IMG/VR virus record: IMGVR_UViG_3300009155_000040
Location: 1 to 64,000 of that record
Origin: a virus
Strand: one strand, 5' to 3'
DNA: 64,000 nt
Notes under the pieces: generated by a model
What the model saw: the letters and a program-made list of their open reading frames with translations, nothing else
Told to the model about the DNA's origin: nothing
The model's database searches: none
Translations under genes and position numbers: made by a program
In this document: positions 1-9,324 of the stretch, in pieces
Position numbering within the stretch: position 1 is the first letter of the stretch
How the letters are laid out: each line of letters opens with the position of its first letter

Positions 1-203
1 GTGATAAAGACGAAAGTATAAACTCTGAAAATTTTGCCGATGGTAAAAATCCTGGACGCAAAGGACTGGCTAAACGCAGTGGTGTTAACACTAAAGCCAG
101 TGTAAGCAGCCTGCGTAACACAGCTAAACACAGTACTGGCGAGAAAGCTCGTATGGCACATTGGCTAGCTAACATGAAAGCTGGTAGAGCCAAGCATAAA
201 TAA
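1..203 (+). CDS. 3' end of a hypothetical basic protein (truncated by window edge)
   Basis: Frame 3 is open from the window start to TAA at 201-203 (…ENFADGKNPGRKGLAKRSGV…HWLANMKAGRAKHK); not in the ORF track because it lacks a start. Confidence 0.7.
   Translation, partial: DKDESINSENFADGKNPGRKGLAKRSGVNTKASVSSLRNTAKHSTGEKARMAHWLANMKAGRAKHK
196..202 (+). promoter_or_regulatory. T4-type late promoter (ATAAATA)
   Basis: Matches the core of the T4 gp55 consensus TATAAATA, 7 nt upstream of ATG 210. Confidence 0.55.
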
Positions 204-209
204 TACATC

Positions 210-467
210 ATGAAAATACGCGATATTTTAGAATCTGCAACAGCAGGAGCAACAAGTTCAGCTAATGTTGGTACTGTTGTGAGCCCGCATCTTGCAATAG
301 GCAAAGATAGAGGCAACAAATCCTACACCGGAAGCCCGGGGAAAAGCGGTACAAAAGCGCCAGCAGTTCCCAAAGTAAAGCAGGCTAAAAACAGCGACGG
401 TACAGCCAAAAATGCCCTAGATATTAAGACAAATATATTCGGTGGCGGCTCTGCAATCAAAAGATAA
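210..467 (+). CDS. Small basic Gly/Ala/Ser-rich protein, putative internal head protein
   Basis: ORF track; N-terminal ILE|S resembles a T4 prohead-protease site; late promoter upstream. Confidence 0.6.
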   Translation: MKIRDILESATAGATSSANVGTVVSPHLAIGKDRGNKSYTGSPGKSGTKAPAVPKVKQAKNSDGTAKNALDIKTNIFGGGSAIKR

Positions 468-470
468 ATA
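464..470 (+). promoter_or_regulatory. T4-type late promoter (ATAAATA)
   Basis: Motif upstream of the ORF at 503, which has an AAGGA SD. Confidence 0.55.
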
Positions 471-502
471 CAATATGGACCTTTAAAACCAAGGAATTTA
501 AA

Positions 503-2185
503 ATGGACTTCAAATCATTAATTACTAAAATCAGCTCAATGGATTCTCCAATCGAAACCGTTGCAGCTCCAGAATTACCAAAAAGCGTACAGCTTAACGA
601 AGATGCTCAGCTACGTGTTTTAAGCGGACGTACTACATACATTGCTGAAGCAAAGAAAAAAGCAGAAGCTGACGAAAAAGAAAAAGCCGACAAGAAAGAA
701 GAAGCTGTTAAAGAAGAAATGAAAGTTGGCGACAGCAAGAAAACTGCTAAAGGCGGTACTGTTACTAAGACTAAGACAGGTATCGTTCACAAAGCTGGTC
801 CAGGCAACTACGGCGGTTCCGACGATAAGGATACAGATCCTGATGCAGACGACGAGCCAAAAGCTAAGAAAGCCAAAAAAGAGTCCATCGATCCAGAAGT
901 TTTCAAATCCAAATTCCTTAGAATGGTAGAAGCTAAAAAGTCTGGAAAGAAAAAGCCAGATGATGATAACGACGGTGTTCCAGATTGGGCAGACAAAAAG
1001 CCAGGTGAGGATGACAATGCTGGCAAGAAAAAAGGTGCTGCTCCTAAGAAAGGTGTGAATCCTTTTGCTAAAAAGAAAGTTAAAGAAGCTTCAGATGACG
1101 ATGCTGATTTTGATAACATCAGTCACGGAGTTAGTAGTCCTGAAGAAAAGAAAAAACAAGAAAAATCAATGATTGATACGTTTAAGAAATCTGGAAAGAA
1201 AGCAAATCCAGATTCACAAATTGGTCGTTTGATGAAGAAGCACGGTGTTAGCCTTGAAAGCAAAGAGTCTGTTGTTAGTGAACTTTCAAAAGATACCCTA
1301 AAGAGTTACAAAGCTAAAAATATGGATGCAGGTCGCTCAGCGATGATCAAGGGAGACGAAAAAACTCTTGCAAAACGCACAGCTGGTAAAGATGCTGTTG
1401 AAAAGAAACTTGCCAAGAAAGACGAAAGCAAGATGATGCCGAAGGGCAAGAAGCGTCCAGTTAAAGAATCAGTTGAGCCAACACTGACTTTCAAAGACAT
1501 GGTTCGCCTTGTACAAGAAAGTGGTGGCCAACAACAGATCGACGCAGTTGACACTGCATTATTCAACTGGGCTCAACGTGTTGCTAAGAATAAATTAGGC
1601 GAAGGCATGAAAGCAGAACTTTATGCTGGTCTAATCTATGAGCGCAACGGTGGCGTGTTTGAAATGTACGATGTGTTAAGCGAAAGCAAAAAAAATATTA
1701 ATGAAAGCAGAGTTCAATTAGACGAAGGCATGATGGACAAAGTCAAAAGCATGTTGATGTCTAAACTAGCACCAAAGCTTTCAGATCAAGAAAAATCTAA
1801 AATGGCAAACGTTGCTAAACAAGTTTTAGGTAAAGACCGTGCAGATTCAAGCGATTTCACATTAGCAAATATCAAAGCAATTGCCAAAGCACTAGGTGCA
1901 AAACCTGAACCTGCTGCTGAATCTATCGAAGAAGGTCCAATTGGTGACTTCTTTGGTCAGAAAAAGGTAGATCCGAAAAGCGGACAGGGTACCCTAGGAG
2001 GTATTGATGCATGGGATAAAAGTGCTACACTAGGTGAAAAACTTTCAAGTTTAACAGGAGTACTAGGAGGTGCAGCCGCAACAATCGCAGGATTGTTCGG
2101 AGGACCAGCTTGGTTAATAATTCCAGGCATACTAGCGATTATGTTTATGTCGCAAATTGGAATGAGCAAAGGCGGTTCAAGTTAA
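503..2185 (+). CDS. Highly charged low-complexity protein, putative internal head/core protein with C-terminal hydrophobic segment
   Basis: 560 aa, K/E/D-rich; many (L/I/V)-x-E motifs; C-terminal GAAATIAGLFGGPAWLIIPGILAIMF stretch. Confidence 0.6.
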   Translation: MDFKSLITKISSMDSPIETVAAPELPKSVQLNEDAQLRVLSGRTTYIAEAKKKAEADEKEKADKKEEAVKEEMKVGDSKKTAKGGTVTKTKTGIVHKAGPGNYGGSDDKDTDPDADDEPKAKKAKKESIDPEVFKSKFLRMVEAKKSGKKKPDDDNDGVPDWADKKPGEDDNAGKKKGAAPKKGVNPFAKKKVKEASDDDADFDNISHGVSSPEEKKKQEKSMIDTFKKSGKKANPDSQIGRLMKKHGVSLESKESVVSELSKDTLKSYKAKNMDAGRSAMIKGDEKTLAKRTAGKDAVEKKLAKKDESKMMPKGKKRPVKESVEPTLTFKDMVRLVQESGGQQQIDAVDTALFNWAQRVAKNKLGEGMKAELYAGLIYERNGGVFEMYDVLSESKKNINESRVQLDEGMMDKVKSMLMSKLAPKLSDQEKSKMANVAKQVLGKDRADSSDFTLANIKAIAKALGAKPEPAAESIEEGPIGDFFGQKKVDPKSGQGTLGGIDAWDKSATLGEKLSSLTGVLGGAAATIAGLFGGPAWLIIPGILAIMFMSQIGMSKGGSS

Positions 2186-2203
2186 ATTTACCGTTTGGTA
2201 AAG

Positions 2204-2236
2204 AAAGCCAGCAATTTAGGTTGACTGGCTTTTTTG
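2204..2236 (+). terminator. Rho-independent terminator
   Basis: AAAGCCAG…CTGGCTTT stem followed by a T run, downstream of the 503-2185 ORF. Confidence 0.75.
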
Positions 2237-2249
2237 TTGGCTATATAAT
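2221..2249 (+). promoter_or_regulatory. sigma70-type early promoter overlapping the terminator
   Basis: TTGACT (2221-2226), 17-nt spacer, TATAAT (2244-2249); GGAG SD and ATG 2270 downstream. Confidence 0.75.
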
Positions 2250-2269
2250 AGTCTTATAGGAGAGATTAT

Positions 2270-2533
2270 ATGTCAACCAGAATGTACGGTCCGGAAGAAA
2301 AAGCAAAACTAGAACGTCTTATTAACGAAGGCGGCAATGTATTACGTGAAGTAGAAGACCTCAAAGAGGGTCTTAAAGAAACTGTTAAAGCAGTTGCAGA
2401 AGAACTACAAATTAAACCCAGCGTTATCAACAAAGCAATCGCTATTGCACATAAAGACAATTGGAAAGATCACGAACAAGAATGGAATGATATTGAAATG
2501 ATTCTTGGCGTTACAAAGCGTCTACCTGAATGA
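2270..2533 (+). CDS. T4 DsbA-like / GapR-like small dsDNA-binding protein
   Basis: 87-aa helical protein with the pattern L..LI.E…..VK…EEL.IKP.VIN.AI…HKDN.…E, resembling T4 DsbA. Confidence 0.55.
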   Translation: MSTRMYGPEEKAKLERLINEGGNVLREVEDLKEGLKETVKAVAEELQIKPSVINKAIAIAHKDNWKDHEQEWNDIEMILGVTKRLPE

Positions 2534-2823
2534 TTATTGATTTTTTTAAACCTACTGTAGAATGGATTAAAGATGACTACTATACTCATCCCTTTCGGTT
2601 TTTTATTGAACTGCTTGCTTGGGCTGTGTCTATTGGGTGCAGTATCACTATGGCCTTCACCGTCCCCAATCCGCCACTACTCGCGTTATATCCTGTTTGG
2701 ATCAGCGGCTGTGCTATGTATGCTTGGGCTGCTTATACTAGGAAATCATTTGGCATGTTGGCTAACTACATTTTGCTAACCAGCATTGATACGTTTGGCT
2801 TAATTAGAATGCTAACTAATTAA
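2530..2823 (+). CDS. Small multi-pass membrane protein
   Basis: 97 aa with about three hydrophobic segments; overlaps the upstream stop (ATGA). Confidence 0.65.
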   Translation: MIIDFFKPTVEWIKDDYYTHPFRFFIELLAWAVSIGCSITMAFTVPNPPLLALYPVWISGCAMYAWAAYTRKSFGMLANYILLTSIDTFGLIRMLTN

Positions 2824-2842
2824 ATAAAGTTGAAGATGGTCG

Positions 2843-2888
2843 GCGGGCCAGAAACCGCACATTTGGTATTTGCAAGCCCTAAATTGCA
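2843..2888 (+). promoter_or_regulatory. Twin-hairpin 5' leader of the DNA polymerase gene (candidate translational operator)
   Basis: GCGG-GCCAGAAA-CCGC (2843-2858) and TGCAA-GCCCTAAA-TTGCA (2871-2888), directly before the GGAG SD (2891-2894). Confidence 0.45.
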
Positions 2889-2900
2889 TAGGAGAAAAAT

Positions 2901-5570
2901 TTGAGTTATGTAGACGCTTTCTATGATAGAGAGCAGGATGTTATTCGTGTCGTTGAACGTGACGACAAAGGTAAAAAGCAATTTCGTGAACATCCAGCTC
3001 GTCATATTTTTTATTATCAAGACCCTAAAGGTAAATTCCTTTCAATCAAGGGAGAACCCCTTACTCGTGTAAGTTGTAAAAATGTTAAAGAGTTTCGAAA
3101 AGAACTTGCTATCTATAGCAATAAAAAACTTTACGAATCGGACATTAATCCAATTTATCGTTGTTTAGAAGACAATTATCTAAACGCAGAACCCCCAAAA
3201 CTAAATGTAGCGTTTTTCGATATTGAGGTAGACTTCGATCCAGAACGTGGCTATGCATCACCTGATGATCCATTTATGCCAATCACTGCGATTGCTGTCT
3301 ACCTCCAATGGATGGAAACAATGATCTGTTTGGCTATTCCTCCTAAGACACTGAGTATGGAAGAAGCTAAACGTCAAGTTGAAGAATTTCCAAATACCAT
3401 GCTGTTTGACAACGAAGCAGACATGTTGGACACCTTCTTAGATTTGATACAAGACTCTGATGTACTAAGTGGATGGAACAGCGAAGGCTTTGATATTCCG
3501 TATACTGTTAATCGTGTGACTAAAGTATTGAGCAAAGAAGATACACGTAGATTCTGTTTGTTTAATCAATTCCCTAAAAAACGTGAATACGAAAAGTATG
3601 GCAAGGCTGCTGTTACCTATGACTTAATTGGTCGTGTGCATATTGATAGTTTAGAACTTTATAGAAAATACACCTATGAAGAACGACACACCTATCGACT
3701 AGATGCTATTGGTGAGATGGAAATTGGTGAAAACAAAACTGTATATGAAGGCACACTGGATCAACTTTATAACAACGACTTCCGTAGATTTATCGAATAC
3801 AACAGACAGGACTGTGCATTGTTAGACAAGTTAGATAAAAAATTAAAATTTATTGATCTTGCCAATACCATTGCACATGAAAACACAGTATTGATTCAAA
3901 CCACAATGGGTGCTGTTGCTGTTACAGAACAGGCAATTATCAACGAAAGCCATCGCAGAGGGATGATTGTTCCAAACAGAGTTAAAATGGACGATCGTGG
4001 AGATACTTCTGCAGCGGGTGCGTATGTTGCGTTTCCTAAGAAAGGCATCCATGAATGGATTGGTTCATTAGATATTAACTCGCTATATCCTAGTGCTATT
4101 AGAGCATTGAACATGGGTCCAGAGACCATTGTCGGGCAACTGCGTCAAGATGGTACTAAAGACTTTATTGCTGCCGAAATAGCGAAGGGCAAATCATTTG
4201 CATCAGCATGGGAAGGTATATTTGGATCGCTTGAGTATACTGCTGTAATGAATAAAGAAGTTGGCAGGGAAATTGTCATTGACTGGGAAGGTGGCGGGCA
4301 TGACGAACTCAGTGCCGCACAGGTTTATGATTTAATTTTCGAAAGCAATCAACCCTGGATGATCAGTGCTAACGGTACAATCTTTACTTATGAAACAGAA
4401 GGTATTATCCCAGGATTGTTAAAACGTTGGTATGCCGAACGAAAAGAGATGCAGGCTAAACTTAAAGAATGTATAAAGGCAGGGAATAAAATTGAAGAAG
4501 AATATTGGGATAAACGTCAGCTCGTTAAAAAGATTTTGCTTAACAGCTTGTACGGTGCTATTCTTAATCCTGGTTGTCGTTTCTTCGACAATCGTATTGG
4601 TCAATCAACCACTCTTACTGGGCGAGCCATTGCTCGCCATATGGCCGGGAAAGTAAACGAAATCGTTACTGGCGAATATAATCACGTAGGCAAAGCAATT
4701 ATCTATGGTGACACAGATTCATGTTATTTTTCTGCGTTCAACACGCTGAAAAAAGAAATCGAACGAGGTACACTACCTTGGACAAGAGAATCAGTAATTG
4801 AACTTTATGATACTATAGGAGATGAAGTAAATGGCACATTCCCCAAATTTATGCAAGATGCTTTCCACTGTCCAAAAACCAGAGGAGAGGTCATCAAAGC
4901 AGGTCGCGAAATTGTTGCAAGCAAAGGACTCTTTATCACAAAGAAACGATACGCAGTCCTCTATTACGACAAAGAAGGAAAACGGTCAGATGTTGATGGC
5001 AAACCAGGGAAAATTAAAGCTATGGGGCTTGACCTCAAGCGTTCAGACACCCCGGTTGTTATCCAGGACTTCTTAAGCGAAGTGCTGACACGAGTACTAA
5101 ATGGTGCTGGCAAGGAGGAGGTATTAGAATATATCACTAACTTCCGTACAGAGTTTAAAACTCGTCCAGGTTGGGAGAAAGGTAGTCCCAAACGTGCCAA
5201 CAATATCACTGAATATGCCAGTAAAGAAAAGAAAGCAGGCAAGACTAACATGCCCGGACACGTTCGAGCAAGTCTTAACTGGAACACTTTGAAGCGTATG
5301 ATGGATGACAAATACTCCATGAACATCGTTGACGGTATGAAAGTGATTGTTTGCAAAATCAAAGATAATCCAATGGGGTATACCAGTGTAGCGTATCCTG
5401 TAGATGAACTTCGTTTACCTCAATGGTTTAAAGACATGCCTTTTAACGATGCAGAAATGGAAACAACTGTTATCGATGAAAAGTTAGAAAACCTAATTGG
5501 TGTTTTGGAATGGGACATCAGTTCAACTCGCAGTGATAACACATTCACAAAATTGTTTGATTTTGAGTGA
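2901..5570 (+). CDS. Family B DNA polymerase (T4 gp43-like)
   Basis: Exo motifs FFDIE, GWNSEGFDIPY and YNRQD; Pol motifs DINSLYPS, KILLNSLYG, YGDTDS and KKRY; TTG start with GGAG SD. Confidence 0.97.
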   Translation: MSYVDAFYDREQDVIRVVERDDKGKKQFREHPARHIFYYQDPKGKFLSIKGEPLTRVSCKNVKEFRKELAIYSNKKLYESDINPIYRCLEDNYLNAEPPKLNVAFFDIEVDFDPERGYASPDDPFMPITAIAVYLQWMETMICLAIPPKTLSMEEAKRQVEEFPNTMLFDNEADMLDTFLDLIQDSDVLSGWNSEGFDIPYTVNRVTKVLSKEDTRRFCLFNQFPKKREYEKYGKAAVTYDLIGRVHIDSLELYRKYTYEERHTYRLDAIGEMEIGENKTVYEGTLDQLYNNDFRRFIEYNRQDCALLDKLDKKLKFIDLANTIAHENTVLIQTTMGAVAVTEQAIINESHRRGMIVPNRVKMDDRGDTSAAGAYVAFPKKGIHEWIGSLDINSLYPSAIRALNMGPETIVGQLRQDGTKDFIAAEIAKGKSFASAWEGIFGSLEYTAVMNKEVGREIVIDWEGGGHDELSAAQVYDLIFESNQPWMISANGTIFTYETEGIIPGLLKRWYAERKEMQAKLKECIKAGNKIEEEYWDKRQLVKKILLNSLYGAILNPGCRFFDNRIGQSTTLTGRAIARHMAGKVNEIVTGEYNHVGKAIIYGDTDSCYFSAFNTLKKEIERGTLPWTRESVIELYDTIGDEVNGTFPKFMQDAFHCPKTRGEVIKAGREIVASKGLFITKKRYAVLYYDKEGKRSDVDGKPGKIKAMGLDLKRSDTPVVIQDFLSEVLTRVLNGAGKEEVLEYITNFRTEFKTRPGWEKGSPKRANNITEYASKEKKAGKTNMPGHVRASLNWNTLKRMMDDKYSMNIVDGMKVIVCKIKDNPMGYTSVAYPVDELRLPQWFKDMPFNDAEMETTVIDEKLENLIGVLEWDISSTRSDNTFTKLFDFE

Positions 5571-5578
5571 TTTAGCGG

Positions 5579-5607
5579 TTGCTTTTTTACACAGATCTAA
5601 ATATAAT
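5579..5607 (+). promoter_or_regulatory. sigma70-type promoter
   Basis: TTGCTT (5579-5584), 17 nt, TATAAT (5602-5607), upstream of the ORF at 5631. Confidence 0.6.
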
Positions 5608-5630
5608 CTTAATATAACCGGAGAATCTTT

Positions 5631-6368
5631 ATGAAAGATATTTTACAAGACATCGTAAGCCATACACAGAACCTAGGCTTCTTAACAACTGTTAAGGTCA
5701 CAGGCACAGAAGAAAAAACAACTATTAACTCAATGGCAGACGACCGTTCAGTTATTATGGAAGCTGAAACTTCAAACCCATATCCAGATATGCTAGGAGT
5801 ATTTGGTATGCCACAATTACAAAAACTAAAGTATTTGTTAGATGGCAGCGAATACAAAGAAAACGCAAAAATTAATGTTACCTTTGCAGAACGCAACGGC
5901 GAAACCATTCCGGTTGGCATTCATTTTGAAAACAAAGATAGTGACTTTAAAAACGACTATCGTTTTATGAATAGTGAAATCATTAATGAAAAAATGAAAA
6001 CTGTTAAGTTCCGCGGTGTCAAGTGGGACGTAGAAGTTGAGCCAAGCGTTGCCGCAGTACAGCGTTTTAACTTTCAAGCAGGTGCTAACAACGAGCATCC
6101 AACATTCCTTGCTAAAACAGAAGGTGGTAATTTGAAGTTTATCTTTGGTGATGCTTCAACACACGGTGGCGAGTTTATCTTTGCACAGAACGTTGCTGGA
6201 TCATTAGATCGTGGTTGGACTTGGCCAGTTATGCCAATCTTGAGCATTCTTAAGATTGCAGATGTTAACAACACAAAGATGAGTTTGAGTAACGAAGGTG
6301 CTATTCAGATTACACTCGACAGTGGTTTAGCAACTTACAAATATATTATTCCAGCACAGGCAGCGTAA
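5631..6368 (+). CDS. Putative sliding clamp (gp45-like)
   Basis: 245 aa, typical clamp size, beta/alpha repeat pattern, directly downstream of polB; ends in a YKYIIP strand. Confidence 0.6.
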   Translation: MKDILQDIVSHTQNLGFLTTVKVTGTEEKTTINSMADDRSVIMEAETSNPYPDMLGVFGMPQLQKLKYLLDGSEYKENAKINVTFAERNGETIPVGIHFENKDSDFKNDYRFMNSEIINEKMKTVKFRGVKWDVEVEPSVAAVQRFNFQAGANNEHPTFLAKTEGGNLKFIFGDASTHGGEFIFAQNVAGSLDRGWTWPVMPILSILKIADVNNTKMSLSNEGAIQITLDSGLATYKYIIPAQAA

Positions 6369-6369
6369 T

Positions 6370-6735
6370 ATGATTAAAGGACTTACAGGCACATGCGGAG
6401 TTACGGTATCAGCAGGTAATACTGCTCTGCCGTATGTTGGCCCAAACACTAGTAATCCAATGACCGGAATGATGCGTATTAACGGTACAGAGATAGAAGT
6501 GTTTAACGGTAGTAGTTGGCAACAGCTATCTACTAGCTATGCTACTGTGAGTTTAGATCAAGATATATTAGACACCGTACAATGGGCACGTAAGAAACGT
6601 GACGAAGAAATGAAGTGGAAGAGCTTGGCAAATGACAATAAGGCTGTTAAAATAGCATTAGACAATCTAGAACAGGCAAGACAGCAATTAGAACTTACAA
6701 CAATTTTAGCGAGAGAATATGAAACAACCAGTTAA
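6370..6735 (+). CDS. Hypothetical protein
   Basis: ORF track; tightly packed, C-terminal coiled coil. Confidence 0.7.
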   Translation: MIKGLTGTCGVTVSAGNTALPYVGPNTSNPMTGMMRINGTEIEVFNGSSWQQLSTSYATVSLDQDILDTVQWARKKRDEEMKWKSLANDNKAVKIALDNLEQARQQLELTTILAREYETTS

Positions 6736-8329
6736 CCTAACACCATTACAAAAAGACTATGCTGTATACCTACCGGCTATCAGTTCTTTCTATTCAACTT
6801 ATGTAGCAAAACAACGAGAAGGAGAGTTTGTCTCCAAAGATCGTATTCCCAAAGGTTTTGATCAAGGTATTGAAGGAATGAATTTCTTAAATGCAGATCA
6901 AGGATACTTTACCTACAAGTATGCTCTTTACTCTGCAGGACACGCACAGTTGAATCTCGAAAAGAGTGTGATACAAGAATCCATGATACAACAACGTGAC
7001 AGGGCAAATACTGTTATTGTTGGCGACTCTGGTGGTTATCAGATTGGTAAGGGTGTTCTTAAGTTTGATTGGTTGAACTTCGAAGGCCCCGCTGCAAATA
7101 AAACACGTTTAGATATCTTACGTTGGTTAGAACTAACTGCTGATTGGTCAATGATGTTGGACGTTCCAACATGGGCATGTGATCATATTCATAGTCCAAA
7201 GACTGGATTAAAAACATTTGATGATTGTTTAGAAAAGACTGCATTTAATAACAAGTTCTTTTTAGAAAATCGCGACGGCAAAGCCACTAAGTTCTTAAAT
7301 GTGTTGCAAGGCGGTGACTGGGATACTGCTGAAAAGTGGTATAATAGAGTTAAAGAGTTTAGTGATCCGGCAGTATGGGGTGATAATGCCGCAGAAGGTT
7401 GGGCTATGGGTGGTGCTAATATGTGTAAGATGGATATTACACTCAAGCGTCTAATGACCATGCGTGAAGATGGTTTGCTCAAAGGCAAAAACTGGATTCA
7501 CTTCTTGGGTACAGCACAATTAGACTGGTCATGTTACTTAACACAGATCCAACGTCAGATACGCAAACACATTAATCCAGAACTTACTGTCAGCTTTGAC
7601 TGTGCAAGTCCATTTATTGCTACTGCACACGGACTTGTTTATACAAATGCACAACATACCAACAAGCGTTGGAGTGTTATTATGGACAAGGCTCCGGATA
7701 ACAAAGCACTTGCTGGTAGACACGACATTCCGTTTCCGTTTGAAAGTGAAACTGGTTCTCGATTGACCATGGGCGATATTGCATACTACGATTACGGTGT
7801 TCGCAAAACTGACGCAGAACTCGGCGGAGTTAAATTTAATCATTTAGATCCAGAACACTATCATCAAGTTCCAAAACTCAACAAGCTAGGCAAGATTCCA
7901 AATAAGACTAGCTGGGATAGTTTCAGCTACGCACTAATGATGGGGCATAATGTCGAATGTCATATTGTTGCCGTACAACGTGCTCAACAGTTAATGGATA
8001 TCGAATGTGCAAGATTTAAACCTGATTGGCGAATGAAGAGCATTGAAGGTAAGAAAGAAATTGAATTTAGTGATTGGGTTCCAAATAGAATCCTGTACTT
8101 CGGTACATTCATTGAAGAATTATTTAATACCAAAACTAAAGCAGAAGCATTTGACATGATCGAAAATGCTGGGCAGTTCTTGAAATCACTGGAAGGTGCT
8201 CGACTACAGGGCGGTCCTGCTGCAAACACATTTGGTAACTTGTTTGCATTTGATGATGGTAAGAAAGCTGGAGAAATTGATTTTTCTAGTCCAGACGATG
8301 ACGAGTTGAACAGTTTAGTTGTTGAATAA
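6719..8329 (+). CDS. dpdA: TGT-fold DNA 7-deazaguanine transglycosylase (DpdA-like)
   Basis: Ordered TGT active-site motifs DSGGYQI, MMLDVP, VLQG, GWAMGG, HFLG and SFDCASP; FolE, QueE and a QueD paralog nearby. Confidence 0.75.
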   Translation: MKQPVNLTPLQKDYAVYLPAISSFYSTYVAKQREGEFVSKDRIPKGFDQGIEGMNFLNADQGYFTYKYALYSAGHAQLNLEKSVIQESMIQQRDRANTVIVGDSGGYQIGKGVLKFDWLNFEGPAANKTRLDILRWLELTADWSMMLDVPTWACDHIHSPKTGLKTFDDCLEKTAFNNKFFLENRDGKATKFLNVLQGGDWDTAEKWYNRVKEFSDPAVWGDNAAEGWAMGGANMCKMDITLKRLMTMREDGLLKGKNWIHFLGTAQLDWSCYLTQIQRQIRKHINPELTVSFDCASPFIATAHGLVYTNAQHTNKRWSVIMDKAPDNKALAGRHDIPFPFESETGSRLTMGDIAYYDYGVRKTDAELGGVKFNHLDPEHYHQVPKLNKLGKIPNKTSWDSFSYALMMGHNVECHIVAVQRAQQLMDIECARFKPDWRMKSIEGKKEIEFSDWVPNRILYFGTFIEELFNTKTKAEAFDMIENAGQFLKSLEGARLQGGPAANTFGNLFAFDDGKKAGEIDFSSPDDDELNSLVVE

Positions 8330-8340
8330 AAGGAGTTGTT

Positions 8341-8526
8341 ATGTACGAGTTACGTATAAAACATTTAGAAGAAGCACATCGTGCTTTGGATAAACAAATT
8401 GACACTTTGGAAAAAAATGGCCTGTTTGAAGACCTTAGATTGGAAACTTTGAAAAAAGAAAGGTTGCTCTTAAAGGATAAACTTGCTATAATAAAGCATA
8501 AACAAGAACTTCACACACAGGCATAA
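8341..8526 (+). CDS. DUF465-like small coiled-coil protein
   Basis: RIKHLEEAHRALDKQI…LKKERLLLKDKL pattern. Confidence 0.6.
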   Translation: MYELRIKHLEEAHRALDKQIDTLEKNGLFEDLRLETLKKERLLLKDKLAIIKHKQELHTQA

Positions 8527-8527
8527 C

Positions 8528-8734
8528 ATGGCATCAAGCTTCACCCTTAATCGAACGCAAGTCGAAAAACTTGCTAAGATGGCGGCACACTTCAAAGAAG
8601 TAGAATGGTTTACTCTTGAAGAAGTTCACACAAGCGGCATTGGCCCTTCGGTCACTGTCAAATTCAATCTTTTCAACGATAACGACAAAGACGTCGATAC
8701 TACCGTTGATATCACTGATGTGAGTACCTGGTAA
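8528..8734 (+). CDS. Hypothetical protein
   Basis: ORF track; operon packing. Confidence 0.65.
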   Translation: MASSFTLNRTQVEKLAKMAAHFKEVEWFTLEEVHTSGIGPSVTVKFNLFNDNDKDVDTTVDITDVSTW

Positions 8735-9324
8735 TGAAACAAGAACTAGATAAATTGTTGTGCGAGCGGTATCCTAAGATGATGGTTAACCGCAACAAGA
8801 ACATGCAGGAAACTTGTATGTGTTGGGGATTCGAATGTGGCGATGGTTGGTTCAATATCTTGGATCAGCTTATGGGCAGTATTCAACATCACATTGATTG
8901 GAAAGAGAAACAGCGCAAGTGGGCCATTGACTATAACGAAATGGCTGCACAGGCTAAGGCAGGTAACTTCGACTTGTTTGAAGAAAGCATGAAGGACACA
9001 CTCAGCGCAGAGTATAAAGAAAAGCGTCTTGGAGAAATTGTGGCTGGAGACTTTAGAGAAGTTCCTGAATTGATTCCACAAGTAACATTGGATCAAGTTA
9101 AAGAAAAGTTTGGTACACTACGTTTTTACTATACAGGCGGTGATGACTACATCAGCGGGCTTGTTAGTATGGCTGAATCAATGTCAGGCGTAACTTGCGA
9201 AGAATGTAGCGCACCTGCTCAAACACACGGACCTGGTTGGATTCGTACTATATGTGTACCTTGTGAAACAAACCGTGAAGAAGAACGTGCAAGAATTATG
9301 AAAGCTGAAGGGTACGAAGAATGA
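8734..9324 (+). CDS. Hypothetical phage protein with C-terminal Zn-finger
   Basis: QVKEKFGTLRFY motif, then CEEC…CVPC. Confidence 0.7.
   Translation: MKQELDKLLCERYPKMMVNRNKNMQETCMCWGFECGDGWFNILDQLMGSIQHHIDWKEKQRKWAIDYNEMAAQAKAGNFDLFEESMKDTLSAEYKEKRLGEIVAGDFREVPELIPQVTLDQVKEKFGTLRFYYTGGDDYISGLVSMAESMSGVTCEECSAPAQTHGPGWIRTICVPCETNREEERARIMKAEGYEE

Noticed and set aside
2901-5570. Intein or intron in the DNA polymerase
   Set aside because: The 889-aa length is normal, the motifs are contiguous, and no C/S…HN splice or LAGLIDADG motifs are visible
6719-8329. Host-type tRNA-guanine transglycosylase (tgt)
   Set aside because: It lacks the C-terminal C-x-C-x2-C…H zinc site of bacterial Tgt, is longer, and sits among DNA replication genes; DNA-acting DpdA-like is more plausible, though unproven
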